Shown here: in pieces, positions 25,359-37,309 of the stretch | How the letters are laid out: each line of letters starts with the position of its first letter | Position numbering within the stretch: the first letter of the stretch is position 1 | NCBI RefSeq assembly: GCF_002105155.1 | Contig: NW_019028994.1 | Coordinates: 744,001 to 808,000 of the forward strand | Source: Lobosporangium transversale | Lineage: Eukaryota | Reading direction: 5' to 3' | Length of the DNA stretch: 64,000 nucleotides | Program-made: the position numbers and the translations under genes | Notes under the pieces: model-generated | Databases searched by the model: none | What the model was told of the DNA's origin: nothing | What the model saw: the letters and a program-made list of their open reading frames with translations, nothing else

Positions 25359-28300
25359 ATGTTTGGCTCTGTGGATACTCCGCCACGAAGTACACTATTG
25401 TCAGCTCAGGCTTTGAGACTCTTCGATTTCTACATGAAGGGCGCCTGTACCATAAATGACGATAAGGACATCGTCATGGAGCTCTGTCTCGATGCTGACT
25501 TTGTGCTCTCGCGGATTCAGCGATCTGTGAGAAGGTCCTTCGCTTCTTTCACCTCTTCAGCTTGTAATGAAGACACTGCACTGCGCCATGATATTGCTTC
25601 AGCCTACTATAAGATCGCTCGTTTATTTGAGCAGTTAGGTCACTCAGATGTTGCTCAAAGACGTGATAAGAAAGCAGAGAAATGGGGATACGCTCCGGGG
25701 AGCATCGATAATACCGACAATAGCAGTGTTAGCAACAATAACAATAACATTATCAAGCTTGAAAAAACTGGGGCCACTAGCAGCAGATCGAATAGAATGG
25801 TTACAGCAGCATCAGTACAGACCATTGCAACTATTTCAAAGGACATATTCAATCACAATGAGCCTCCGACAGCCATCAGGTACAGCTTACCAGATGCCGG
25901 TACTCACTTGAATGATATCCACCAGCTCGTGTATTGTCTTTCTCTGCTCCCTACTGCTCCTATCCAAACAAATGACCTCAATGACCATGAAAAGGACTGG
26001 CGCCAGGCTATATCGAACGATCAAGATGAGTATGAACGACTATGTAAACTAGCATCGGATGTAATCGAGACGTTCATCAATGATGAGATCAAGTCCGAGA
26101 TATCTGTCACTGAGGTTGTGGCTCTCTCCCCAGTCCTCGATCAAGCACAATTCAGAACACTGCTCAAGGCTTTGATCAATGGGATCAGCCAGAACATTAT
26201 GTTGGAGACTCACCTGTTAGAAGGATTGGCTAAATTGCTGCAGCACGCTCCTCCTGGCCATCTTGACTCGGATGACCTTGTCACCATCCTCAACACCCTC
26301 AGTCCCTGCTTGCAAGTCACTCATAGCCAATCTACCGAACATCTCTATCGTCTGTCAGCTACAGTCTCACATGTCCTTGATGCCATGGTCAACAACCAAG
26401 TCAAAAGTCTGAAGCGAGAGCAGCTCCATGAACCACTTGCTGTATACCTCCAGAGACTAAAAGACAGCTCAGATCCTCATCTAGTCTATCAAGCAGCTTA
26501 TGCCTTTCAAGCCTTACAGTATATACCTGACGACGAATCAACAATGCAAGGCATGCTTCGACGGACATCAACAGTGGTTCGAGGAGTGTTTGGAGTAGTG
26601 AGTGCAGTCAAAGGCTTTGATCTGAATGCCTTCATGGATGAGATAAGCAACATCCAGAGAGGGCTTCCTTCTGCAACAGGTACCATTAATATGAATCTGC
26701 AAGTATATGCCGGTGCAACCTCGCTATATGAGAGTGGATCGACATTCAATCAGTGTATGGAAGAAGGACTCAGCTTCAGTCACAAGTCAGCATGGTATCC
26801 AACACTTCGTGGAGCGGATGCACTACTCCAGAGACGCGAGCTCACTAAATTCAAGACCCTTGTGTGAAGCACCCCGTCGAAATGATGCAGCATTCCAATG
26901 GGGACTAAGCCAGAGACTGGGACAGATTGCAGCAGATACACAGTGGACCACGAATACTCGACAGGATGCCATCACATTGCTAGGAGAGATGTACAAGAAT
27001 GACCACGAGTGGGGTAATCATACACATGTCAAGCAGTGGATCATAAGTATCCTTAGGGAGCTGTCCTCATTCTTACCGGATGGCCTACAAGGTGCATATT
27101 TTTTTCTCTTCTTCTTTGGATATGTTTGGATGTGGCAGCACTCAGCTTAGTATATGACAATCTATCTACTCACTCGATACACATATCCCTATCCCTCCTC
27201 TTTCCAGCTACAGACACTCTCTTGGATAATCTAGGAAGATATGGAAACCTCAACAAACAAGAGCTATATAGGAATTGTCTTCAAGGACCAATGACCCAAT
27301 ATCCCCTCTTTGTCATACATCCTCCATCTACATCTTCATATTTGCTTGACCGTGCACAGAATAAACCTGGTGTTGAGGACAGTCTACGACAACTAAAGAG
27401 ACGGCGGGTGGAGGTTGGGAACAACCAAGGGTTCTACATCCAACAGTATGCTAAAGCAAGTCCTCAAGCAGGCGATGACAAGCTGTTCTTGCTGATGGAC
27501 AAGGTGAAAGAGTTCCTGGATAGCGACCAGAAAGTACTACTTGTCTAAGGAGACTCAGGAACAGGCAAGTCCACATTCAATCGCACTCTGGAGCGCGCAC
27601 TCTGGGAGACATATCAAAAGAGACATGGTCGGATCCCACTGTTTATCAATCTCCCAGCCATTGACAAGCCAGAGAAGGATCTGGTTGCAAAGCAGCTGCG
27701 ACACTACGACTTTACAGACTCACAGATCAAAGAGCTGAAGAAGAGTCGGTCATTCATCCTGATCTGTGATGGATATGATGAGAGTATGCAGACCACCAAT
27801 CTGTATGTCTCCAACCAACTGAATAAGCCTGGAGAGTGGATGGCTCAGATGGTGATCAGCTGCCGCAGCGAGTATCTTGGTTTAGACTATCGAGATCGAT
27901 TTCAACCTATGAACCGCAATCACCGAGCAGATGGTGGATTGTTTGAAGAAGCTGTGATCATGCCATTCTCTGAGGCTCAGATCGACGACTACATCGAACA
28001 ATATGTCGATGTCATGGATCCACTGTGGCATGTGGAGGACTACCGACGAGCGCTCAAACAGGTTCCTAGTCTCCAAGACCTCGTGAAGAACCCATTCATG
28101 CTATCGATGTCACTAGAAGTACTCCCACGAATAGTAAATCCAGATCAAGGAGGCAGCAACGCCAAGATCAAACGTGTCACGCTGTATGATCAGTTCGTTG
28201 AGCAGTGGCTTGAGCGAGGGAAGAAGCGACTAAGCGATGCATTAGGACTGGAAGACAGAAGGATGTTTCACAAGCTATTAGATGAAGGATTTGCACAGAA

Positions 28301-31300
28301 TGGGATCAGGTATTTGACCGAGCTAGCCATAGCAATCTACAAACATCAAGATGGTAACCCAGTAGTGGACTACTCATCATCGGAGGACAAGGGTACATGG
28401 AAAGAAGCGTACTTTAGCAAAGAGAATGGAAGGAACCTTCTACGAGAGGCTTCACCACTTACACGTACAGGCAACCAGCACCGGTTTATGCATCGATCAC
28501 TTCTAGAGTACAGTTTAGTACGAGCGATGTTTGAGCCTCAGAAAGCAGTGAGTGCTTCCGCGGTCGATGAAGCAGCAAAGGCGACAACAACAACTTCTCG
28601 CCGGCAGAGCATCAGTTCAGTATATAGCTTCGAAGCCATGGATATGGAGAAGGACGAGCAGGGAGTAGATGTAGTGGAGGCTGATGAGGCATCACCTTTA
28701 GTATGGAGAAGCTTTGTAGATGAACCATCTATCCTTCATTTCTTAGTGGACCGCGTCCGTCTTGAGCCGATATTCCAACAGCAGCTGTATGCATATGTAG
28801 AGCTCTCGAAGAGTGATAGCAAGTGGCGGATAGCAGCAGCCAATGCGATGACAATCTTGGTGCAAGCAGGCGAGTCATTTATCAGAGCAGACTTGCGAGG
28901 TATCCGGGTCCCAGGAGTAGATCTCAGATATGGTATATTTGAGTATGCTCAGCTTCAAGGAGCGGATCTGAGGATGGTCAACTTGCGGAACTGTTGGCTT
29001 CGCGAAGCAGACCTAAGTGGAGCAAAGATGGCAGGTGTACAGTTTGGAGAATGGCCACTCCTCAAAGTTGGTGGTTTTGCATTTAAAGGGTCATACTCAC
29101 CTGATGGCAAAACACTTGCTGTTGTTATCGAAAATGGCTCGCGTAAATATTCAATTGCTATCTATGATACATCAACATGGGAGAAGCTTTCGACTCTGGA
29201 AGGTAATAAGATCGGTAAGAGGTTTATATACTCGCCAGACAGTCGATATATCGCCAACTGGAGCCCTTCCCAAGATGATATTCTATCCCCGATTGAATCC
29301 CCTTTCCAAACTACAGTTTCAATCTGGAATACAACCTCAGGAGCATTGATTCACCAATTGGGGGGCCATGCAAATCTAGTGAACTGCGTAGTGTACTCGC
29401 CAGATGGAAAGCACCTTGCCTCAGCTAGCGATGATGAGTCAGTACGAGTGTGGGATACTCAATCTGGGGTGCTCAAATCCAGCTTAGGGGGCCATACAGG
29501 CCGTGTAAGCAGTGTGGCATACTCTCCTGATGGACTCCAGATTGCAAGCGGCAGCTTTGACAATACAGTACGGTTGTGGGATGCGATGTCAGGGCAGCAG
29601 CTGATGCAGATGGACCATGGATATGGAATTGAACAATTTGTATATTCAGCTAATGGTCAGGAAATTATATCCTACTGTGCTTTTGATAATTACCTGCATG
29701 TGTGGGATGTTGGGTCTGGTCAAAAAAAGTACGAGTTGAGGCATAGGGATTACGTCGGTGGCATTCAGTATTCTCCTAGTGGAAAGCAGGCTGCTTCATT
29801 TGACGCGAGAATGGTATACCAATGGAATGTGCAAACAGGAAATCTCATCCATACTCTTCAAGGTCACTCCAATTGTATCACTGACTTGAAGTATTCACCA
29901 AATGGAGGACAGATAGCTACTTGCTGTAGTCGCAACACAGTACAGCTTTGGGACGCGAGATCAGGACAACTCATGAATACCTTTTATAGTCACTCTAGTA
30001 TACATGTGGCATACTCACCAAACAACCATCAACTTGCATCTTTCAGCAGTGATAAAACAATACGCCTTTGGGATACTCGATTACAGCAATCTAATCATGA
30101 TTCGCATGGCCATTCAGCAGAGATCAATGACGTTACGAGCTCACCGGATGGGCAGCAGATCGCTTCCCGAAGTGATGATGGGACAGTGCGTATGTGGGAT
30201 ACAAGAATAGGACAGCCCATCCATGTTTTACAAGGCCTCAAAAGATACAAGCACACCATGTGCACCATCAAGTATTCACCCGATGGCCAGTTGCTTACTT
30301 GCCCTAAACATTTACGCATCTACCTTTGGGACGTCCGAACAGGCCAAGTCACCCACACCTTAGAACTGCAGGGCAGGCGAGGCGATACCATCTACACCTT
30401 TGATTTCTCACCTATTGACCATCAAATTGCCTGTGACCATTACGATGGAGATGTGACTATATGGAACACACAAACAGGAGAGCTCATTCACACTCTACAG
30501 GGTCATAACAAAGCTGTAATGTGTGTGGTATACTCACCTGATGGCCAACGCCTTGCTTTATATGATGAAGATGGTTATCTTAGGGTCTGGGCAATTCATT
30601 CAGGTGACCTTTGTTATGAAGTAAAGGGTAGAGGAACAGCCGACGGCGGTTTTATCAGATACACACCCGACGGTCGCAGGATAGTGGTTTGTGGCGTGTC
30701 TTTCTCATATGCGCTGCAAGTACGGAACGCAGAAACGGGTGCGTTTTGCTTCGCAACTGGAACTTATGTAAATGAAGTAACATTTTCACCATGTAGTCAA
30801 CGGATGGCTGTTGCCTATAATAATGAACGAATTTATGTGTGGGATTTGGAGAGGGAAGTTCTTTTGTATACTCTTAAAGGGCACGCCGCGGAGATCAGAG
30901 AGATGGCTTATTCGCCTGATGGGAAGTACATTGCTTCATGCAGTTGGGATAGAACAGTACGAGTGTGGGACGCAGAGGCAAGCAAGTGTTTGGTAGTGAT
31001 CCCATCTGAAGGTGGAGAAGTTAAGAAGCTTGTGTGGAACACCTTTGAAGGAGGCTGCTTTCTGGTTACAGGATGCATGGGTGGTTCTATTCGGATGTGG
31101 CAGATTGTGAAAGAGGGCGATCAATATCAGTATCGACTGAAATGGAGCACCAAACAAACATTTCTTAATGCTAGGAATATGTGTATTCAAGATGTAGTTG
31201 GATTGAGCGCAGTCAACAGAGAGCTTCTGATGCAACGAGGAGCAATAAAAGAGCAATCCCAGGCGTTGGTCGTATGCGACGCATCCAAACAGATTGTGAC

Positions 31301-31493
31301 AGCATCACCAATAGGACGCAAGTCCAAAGCGGCCTCAAGTCAAGCTGATAATGATCAAGTCCCATCAATAGAGACATCCCTGGAGACAGAGGCTTTGAGA
31401 GCAAGTCAATCGATCAATGACTACCGATTCGAATACAGCATGTGCAGCAAATGTGGGTATGCGCATGTTATTTCATGCAAACCTCGCGGCTAG
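25359..31493 (+). pseudogene. NLR-like STAND copy 3, disrupted by a frameshift and a nonsense codon; intron 27092-27207
   Basis: 2-bp TG loss at about 26861-26866 (CTTGTGTGAAGC vs CTTGTGTGTGAAGC in copy 4) ends ORF 25359..26867. CAA>TAA at 27546-27548 lies immediately before Walker A (V*GDSGTGKS). The remainder is open to 31493. Confidence 0.85.
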
Positions 31494-31776
31494 AGGCGCC
31501 AATAAACAGCATGCTATTTAGAATAAGGAAGAGAACAAAAAATATTCTCATAAACCATAATAAATTAAAGAATGCTTTTTTACACATATTTCAGATATGG
31601 TGGCAGGTCATAGAGCGCCTTATTCATCAGTCATTTAAAACGCTATGCTTTATGTTAACGACTGCCAGTTGCTGCTACTCCACGACAGACGCTAAAGGGA
31701 TCCTTCGCACGGTAGTTGCATCAGGCCCACGAACAAGAGGATCAAGAAACCGCTTAAAAAATCGGATAAGAATGTA

Positions 31777-32956
31777 CAGTCTTCATCCAACAAGCCGTAA
31801 ATTTTTTACGGATTTGTGGATTTTCACTTCTATTCATTTCAATTCAATAAATATATCAAACTTTATTTCTTCTCATTCATTCATTTTCACTCATTCTGAT
31901 TCACTTCCTTCATGTCATTCAGTAAATCGCGATATTCGTTAAATAGCTCCAATTGCCTTTGAGCTGCAACCCAGCGTTTCAATAGCAGAGGGTCATCGAT
32001 TTTGCCCCAAGCATCCATAAATCGCTGAAAGTTTTCTTGTAGCTCCATTTATCGTCGGACTGGATGGAGGTGACTCGAGCTCGTCTGATAGCCCTTGGGG
32101 ATCTGAGTCAAGAACACTGGATTCGTAGTCAACACCATCTTCGTCATCGTCTAGATTATCGTCCTCGTAGACAATATCATCTTCATTGTATGGGACGAAG
32201 CGATGCTTGTGCTTTTCAGATGTCGTTATCATCTTAACAGCGTCGAGGATCGACTCTGTAGGCCCTTCACAGTAGTTCATAGTGAGGTAGTTGAGGACCC
32301 CGATATCCTTTTGCTTGGTGATTTCTGCCGTTCCTCGCAAGCGGTTATCAGTCACATTGAGATCTATTAAAACACACAAGGTAAAATGGTTTTTTTCTTT
32401 TTCCTTTTCCTTTTTTTCTCTCTAGAATGATAGAGATGCCGCCTTACCGAGGTCTCTTTCAGCAGCGAACCACTCCAGCAAAGCATCTTCCGCGGGTTCC
32501 ATGTTTCGATCGAACTTGCGTTTGACTGCATGACTAGCTAGGAGGGGTAGCGAATTCACGTCTTGAATATGCTCATTTTTTCGGCGATAAATGTCTATTG
32601 CCGTGGAAGGGCTCATGCCAAACCTGCTCCAATGGAAGAAACAGAGACTTTGAACCCTTTTGGTAGTTCATCGACGGCTTCAATGAATTTCACTTTGTCG
32701 GCTAAGGAATGAGACTTGTGCAGCCTGTGCTTCTTGAGTGCATGTCTCGATCGAGAAGACTGGTTTCTAGGCTTTGTTGGGTTCATTTTTCGAAGCATAA
32801 GGATGGATGTGGGAAGTGAATGTGAAAAAAAAAAGTGGTTACGCAAGAACATCGTATAAAGAAAAAATAAAGTTTGATATATTTATTGAATTGAAATGAA
32901 TAGAAGTGAAAATGCACAAATCCGTAAAAAATTTACGGCTTGTTGGATGAAGACTG
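31777..32956 (-). mobile_element. Non-autonomous pogo/Tigger-like (Tc1/mariner superfamily) DNA transposon, 1180 bp, with 97-bp TIRs and TA TSD
   Basis: TIRs 31777-31873 and 32860-32956 (CAGTCTTCATCCAACAAGCCG..., 2 mismatches), flanked by TA at 31775-76 and 32957-58. Frameshifted CENP-B-like HTH remnants (SLADKVKFIEAV...MSPSTAIDIYRRK...EDALLEWF) and an acidic tail. No DDE core visible. Confidence 0.88.
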
Positions 32957-33141
32957 TACATCTCCATATGCTTGCTAATTTCCTATGTTTCGACTAAAAG
33001 AGTCGGGGGGGTTTTTTTTTCTCCCGCTGGAGATGCCGAAGTTTTGAATAAGTAGCCCCAGGTTTGGATACAACGTAGCTTGAAAAGTTGTCGATCAAGC
33101 AATGCCGACTGGGGGTTTCAGGTGTCAAATAAAACTGTATC

Positions 33142-33320
33142 CTCCAACTCATTTGGTCAGTGATTCATATATTTTCTATTCAAAAAACGATGATTGATTT
33201 GATTTGGTGGCTGATTTCGACATTTCACCCGTGACGAACTGGTGCCAAGGAATATAATTGGCTCCCAATTCAATCAAGATTATTCAAAAATATATGAATT
33301 ACTGACCAAATGGGACGGAG
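33142..33320. mobile_element. Putative MITE (about 180 bp) with about 33-bp imperfect TIRs
   Basis: Left end CTCCAACTCATTTGGTCAGTGATTCATATATTTT matches the reverse complement of the right end, CTCCGTCCCATTTGGTCAGTAATTCATATATTTT. The right end is followed by TA. No ORF. Confidence 0.55.
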
Positions 33321-33809
33321 TATAAATACATCATTCTTTTCGTTCTCGTTACTTGTTATGATCCTGGTATATTTCAGTTATACGCGAGGTCTCATGTGTT
33401 TAATTCTCCCGCATCCAGCGAGACAAGAATTCGGTCATGAACAATCCAAGTCATTTGGTCATTGACTTGACAGAGTCCAGCGATAGACCATTATAAAACC
33501 CAATAAACTGGATTCACATGGATCTCAGGGCAATGTGTGCTGTTCGCTCTTGGTTTAACAGAATTCTTGACGGAGCTAAAAAGAGCGAACAGCACAGATT
33601 TCAGAGGCATGACTCTTGTGACACTAAAGAAACCAAAGAAGTAAAGATGGATTCTGAATTTCTCACGGTCTAAAGGGTCGAAAGAGCAAAAGAACGACAT
33701 AAATAAAAATGTAAAAAAAAAAAAAAAAAAAAACATCATTTTCTTAATTCATCTTTCTTTCTCATTCTCATTCTCTGTCTCATTCCGCATTCTGCTTGAA
33801 TTTTAAGCC

Positions 33810-35626
33810 ATGACTATTCTAACCATTGACAATTTCATCAACAATGAGTACGTAAAGCCCAGCCGAGGCCTTTACCTCGATTCACTAGAACCCGCCCGTG
33901 CCATTACTTTTGCCAAAGTTCCTGATTCAACCAAAGAAGATCTTGAGCTTGCGTATAAAGCCGCTGCTGCTGCCTTCCCTGCCTGGTCCAAGACTACTAA
34001 GGAACATCGTGCCAAAATCATGTACAAGATTGCAGATCTGATTGAATCCCGCCTCGACGAGTTCGCCCAGGCTGAGTCTAAGGATCAGGGAAAGCCTGTA
34101 GAGGTGGCCAAGACCATGGATATGCCCCGTGTCCTCGCAAACTTTCGCTTCTTTGCGGGATCTATCCTTCACAGCAGAGAGCATGCTACAGAAGCCCTTG
34201 GAGCTCTTAGTTATACGCAGCGAGTGCCAATTGGTGTAGCAGCATTAATCTCACCCTGGAATTTGTAAGTTTTTGCTCTTTTTTAAAAAAAAACATTCGT
34301 TTGTTTGCTTCTTTCTAACAGCAATCCATGTCCCCTTTGTCATTCTCATGACAAATTATCCCCCTTCTAGGCCACTATACCTTTTGACATGGAAGATTGC
34401 ACCTTGCATTGGTAAGAAGTGAAAAGATCAGGGGTTTTTTAAACTAAGATGACTGTCTATTAGATGATCTTTAATTTCCTTTTTTGTATTAACATTTCCC
34501 TAATTTGTACTAAATGTATTCTCCCGTTGCCTTCTTCTACAGCCTGGGGAAACACGGCTATTTGCAAGCCCTCTGAATTTACGTCATACACAGCCCATCT
34601 TTTGACCTCGGTTCTAAAGGAAGCAGGTTTACCTGCGGGTGTTGTGAATATCGTTTATGGAACCGGTATGGGAGTTGGTCAAGCCATGGTTGAGCACCCA
34701 CGCATTCCTATTGTTTCATTCACAGGTGGTACGGTCACAGGTGCAAAGATCATGGCCGCCACTGCTCCACACTTTAAAAAAGTTTCATTGGAGTTGGGTG
34801 GTAAGAACGCCAACATTGTATTTGCAGACTGCGATTTCGAAAAGGCCTTGAAAACGAGTGTGCTCTCTGGGTTCGCAAACCAAGGTGAGATTTGCCTTTG
34901 TGGATCGAGAGTCTTTGTCGAAAAGCCCATCTATGAAAAGTTTGTACAGAGATATGTTGAGGCTGCTAAAGCACTTAAAGTTGGAGACCCCAGTTTGAAG
35001 GATACAAACTTGGGAGCGCTGATTTCGAAAGAACATTGGGAAAAAGTGATGAGCTATATCAAATTGGGTGTGGAGGAAGGCGGCAAGATCGAGTGTGGAG
35101 GACAGAAACCGGCGTCACTCGCAGAAGAATTTCAAAATGGTTATTTTATGGAGCCAACCGTCATAACTGGGTAAGTAAAAATGTGGTGCTTCTAGAACGG
35201 TTTTTTTTTTTTTTTTTTTTTTTTTTCTTTTTCTTTTTCTTTCTCTTTTTTTTTCAAAAAGAAAAAGTTGTATTTACGGCTGGATAAAATTATGTTGTTA
35301 GCTTGACTCCGTCTTGTCGTACAATGCGCGATGAAATCTTTGGACCTGTTGTGACGATTTGTCCTTTTGAAACGGAAGAAGAAGTAATTCAATATGCCAA
35401 CGACTCTGATTATGGTCTCTCATGCACAATCTGGACTGAGAATGGTCGCCGTGCTCGCAGGGTGGCAAGCGAGATCCAAGCTGGAACTATCTGGGTGAAC
35501 ACTTGGCTGGCACGTGATCTGAAGATGCCATTCGGAGGGTTCAAGAAGAGTGGTGTAGGACGTGAAGGTGGTGAATATTCCTGTGACTTTTACACGGAAC
35601 TCAAGACCATTTGTCTCGCAGGCTGA
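33810..35626 (+). CDS. Aldehyde dehydrogenase, ALDH8A1 / 2-aminomuconate-semialdehyde dehydrogenase-like, 4 exons
   Basis: ISPWNL|PLYLLTWKIAP, KPSE, FTGGT, LELGGKN, catalytic NQGEICLCGSR, EIFGPV and PFGGFKKSG. Confidence 0.9.
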
Positions 35627-36131
35627 AAGAGCCTTGTCATATTTATATATAATGCATCAATATCAATTCTATTAAAAAATGAAAAATAAAAAATAAAAAT
35701 TTACAAAAAAAAAGGTGTTCAAATTTAAACTTAAGTTCAATTATAAGCGCTGCGCCAGAGCCATGTAATACAAAGGGACACTAAGAAGGATAATAATAAA
35801 AAGACAAAACTAAAAGTAACATTAATATAAGAAAAGACAATAAATTGGAATAATTCTCTTGTTCTCAAGGAGATGATGGATCGGGAATTGTCCAGATCCC
35901 AGCACCACGTTGTTGTTCCTGTCGTTAACAGTTTCTTCGGTCTTTTGGTATTAGCTCTCAAGAAATAGTTTCTCTACATCCTCAAGATGTCGCATACACA
36001 AGAATAGAACCTTCGGCGTTGATTCCGAAAACTGATGCATAGATTCGGCATTCGATTTTTTATTTTTATTTTATTTTTTGTTCTATACAATCTGTATATA
36101 AAAATATATATATTATATATATATATATGAG

Positions 36132-36352
36132 CATTTGGACCTAATGGAGCAAAAGAGCGCAGTTCTTGGTCCATATTTTGTTTAAACATGAATCTTATTG
36201 ATCGGGCTTTATCTTTTATAGATATTTTTTCTTTTTACTGATGGATATTCGGTTCTTTTTCTCTATATGATCAATCATTTGGGGTGAATGGAGCTACAGA
36301 GCGCAGCCCTTGGTCAATATTTTGTATAAACATGAATCTTATTGATCGGGCT
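36132..36352. repeat. Two 77-bp direct repeats (36132-36208 and 36276-36352)
   Basis: 10 mismatches in 77 bp by manual alignment, with an identical 26-bp core TAAACATGAATCTTATTGATCGGGCT. Confidence 0.85.
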
Positions 36353-37309
36353 ATTTATTATAATTGTTTTTTTTTTTTTTTTGTTTTGTTTTTCAGATTG
36401 TAAAGAAAAAGGATAAAAAAAAAAGGGTCAAAGCTCGATGATCATGCATGTAAAACAGAGAAAAAAGGCTTTCTGTCAGTTGATTGAGGGCGTTGAAGAA
36501 AGCAAGAGAGTTGTATCTATACTTTGTCAAGACTTGGAGATGCATTTTCTATCAACAAACAGTAAACATGTATGACCATGTAAGCATGAATGGTCGTCCT
36601 CTTCACTATGATGAGGCATTAGCATTCCACATGACTACAACAAATCAAAACAAGGAAAATGCGCCCACTTTATGTTATTTGTTTTGACTGGACTAGTGTA
36701 AAAAAAAAACAAGGTCCGTTTGCTCTTGTGCATGTCGTACAGACAACAGGACAATTGCTCTTTTCTGTCTTTTTTAATGCATACAAATCCACCATCTCGA
36801 TCTCTGTTGGTTAGTTCTTGTTTAATCAGAAAGTTTACCCTCTCTGATCATCATTCTGCATTGTGCTTTTCATTCATTGTTTCATTGTTACATTGTATAT
36901 ATATGTAAAAGTCAAACGTTGTCAGTCATGTTGGTGATATTGATCTTCCCGCAGTCGAATCGGAATGAAGTTAGGCCGATTCAAGAGGCCAGAACCTCTT
37001 TTTTTTTTTTTACTTTACTGCTTTATAATTCATTCATCTCTCATACTCTCTCTCCTCATAGCCCTTTCTTAGTATACTTATATTCTACTCTTTCTCACGT
37101 TGTCTATTATCTTTCTAAGTAAAATAAAAAATAAAAATAAAAGCCTCTCTACCTTTTGAAAATCCTCTTAAAAGGAAACCTGTCTGTCATTCACTCTGTT
37201 TCTTTTTTATCGTTTCCGTTTTCGTTTTCGTTTTCCTTACTCCCCTCTACCTCATTCATTCATTCATTTCTCTTTTCAGGTCCATTTCTTTTTTATATAT
37301 CCGCGCGTC

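Noticed and set aside
35737..36189. Short minus-strand ORFs between ALDH and CYP
   Set aside because: I could not build a coherent spliced gene model or recognise any motif.
36132..36352. Repeat-spacer-repeat pattern as a CRISPR array
   Set aside because: Only two long imperfect copies, eukaryotic context and no cas genes.
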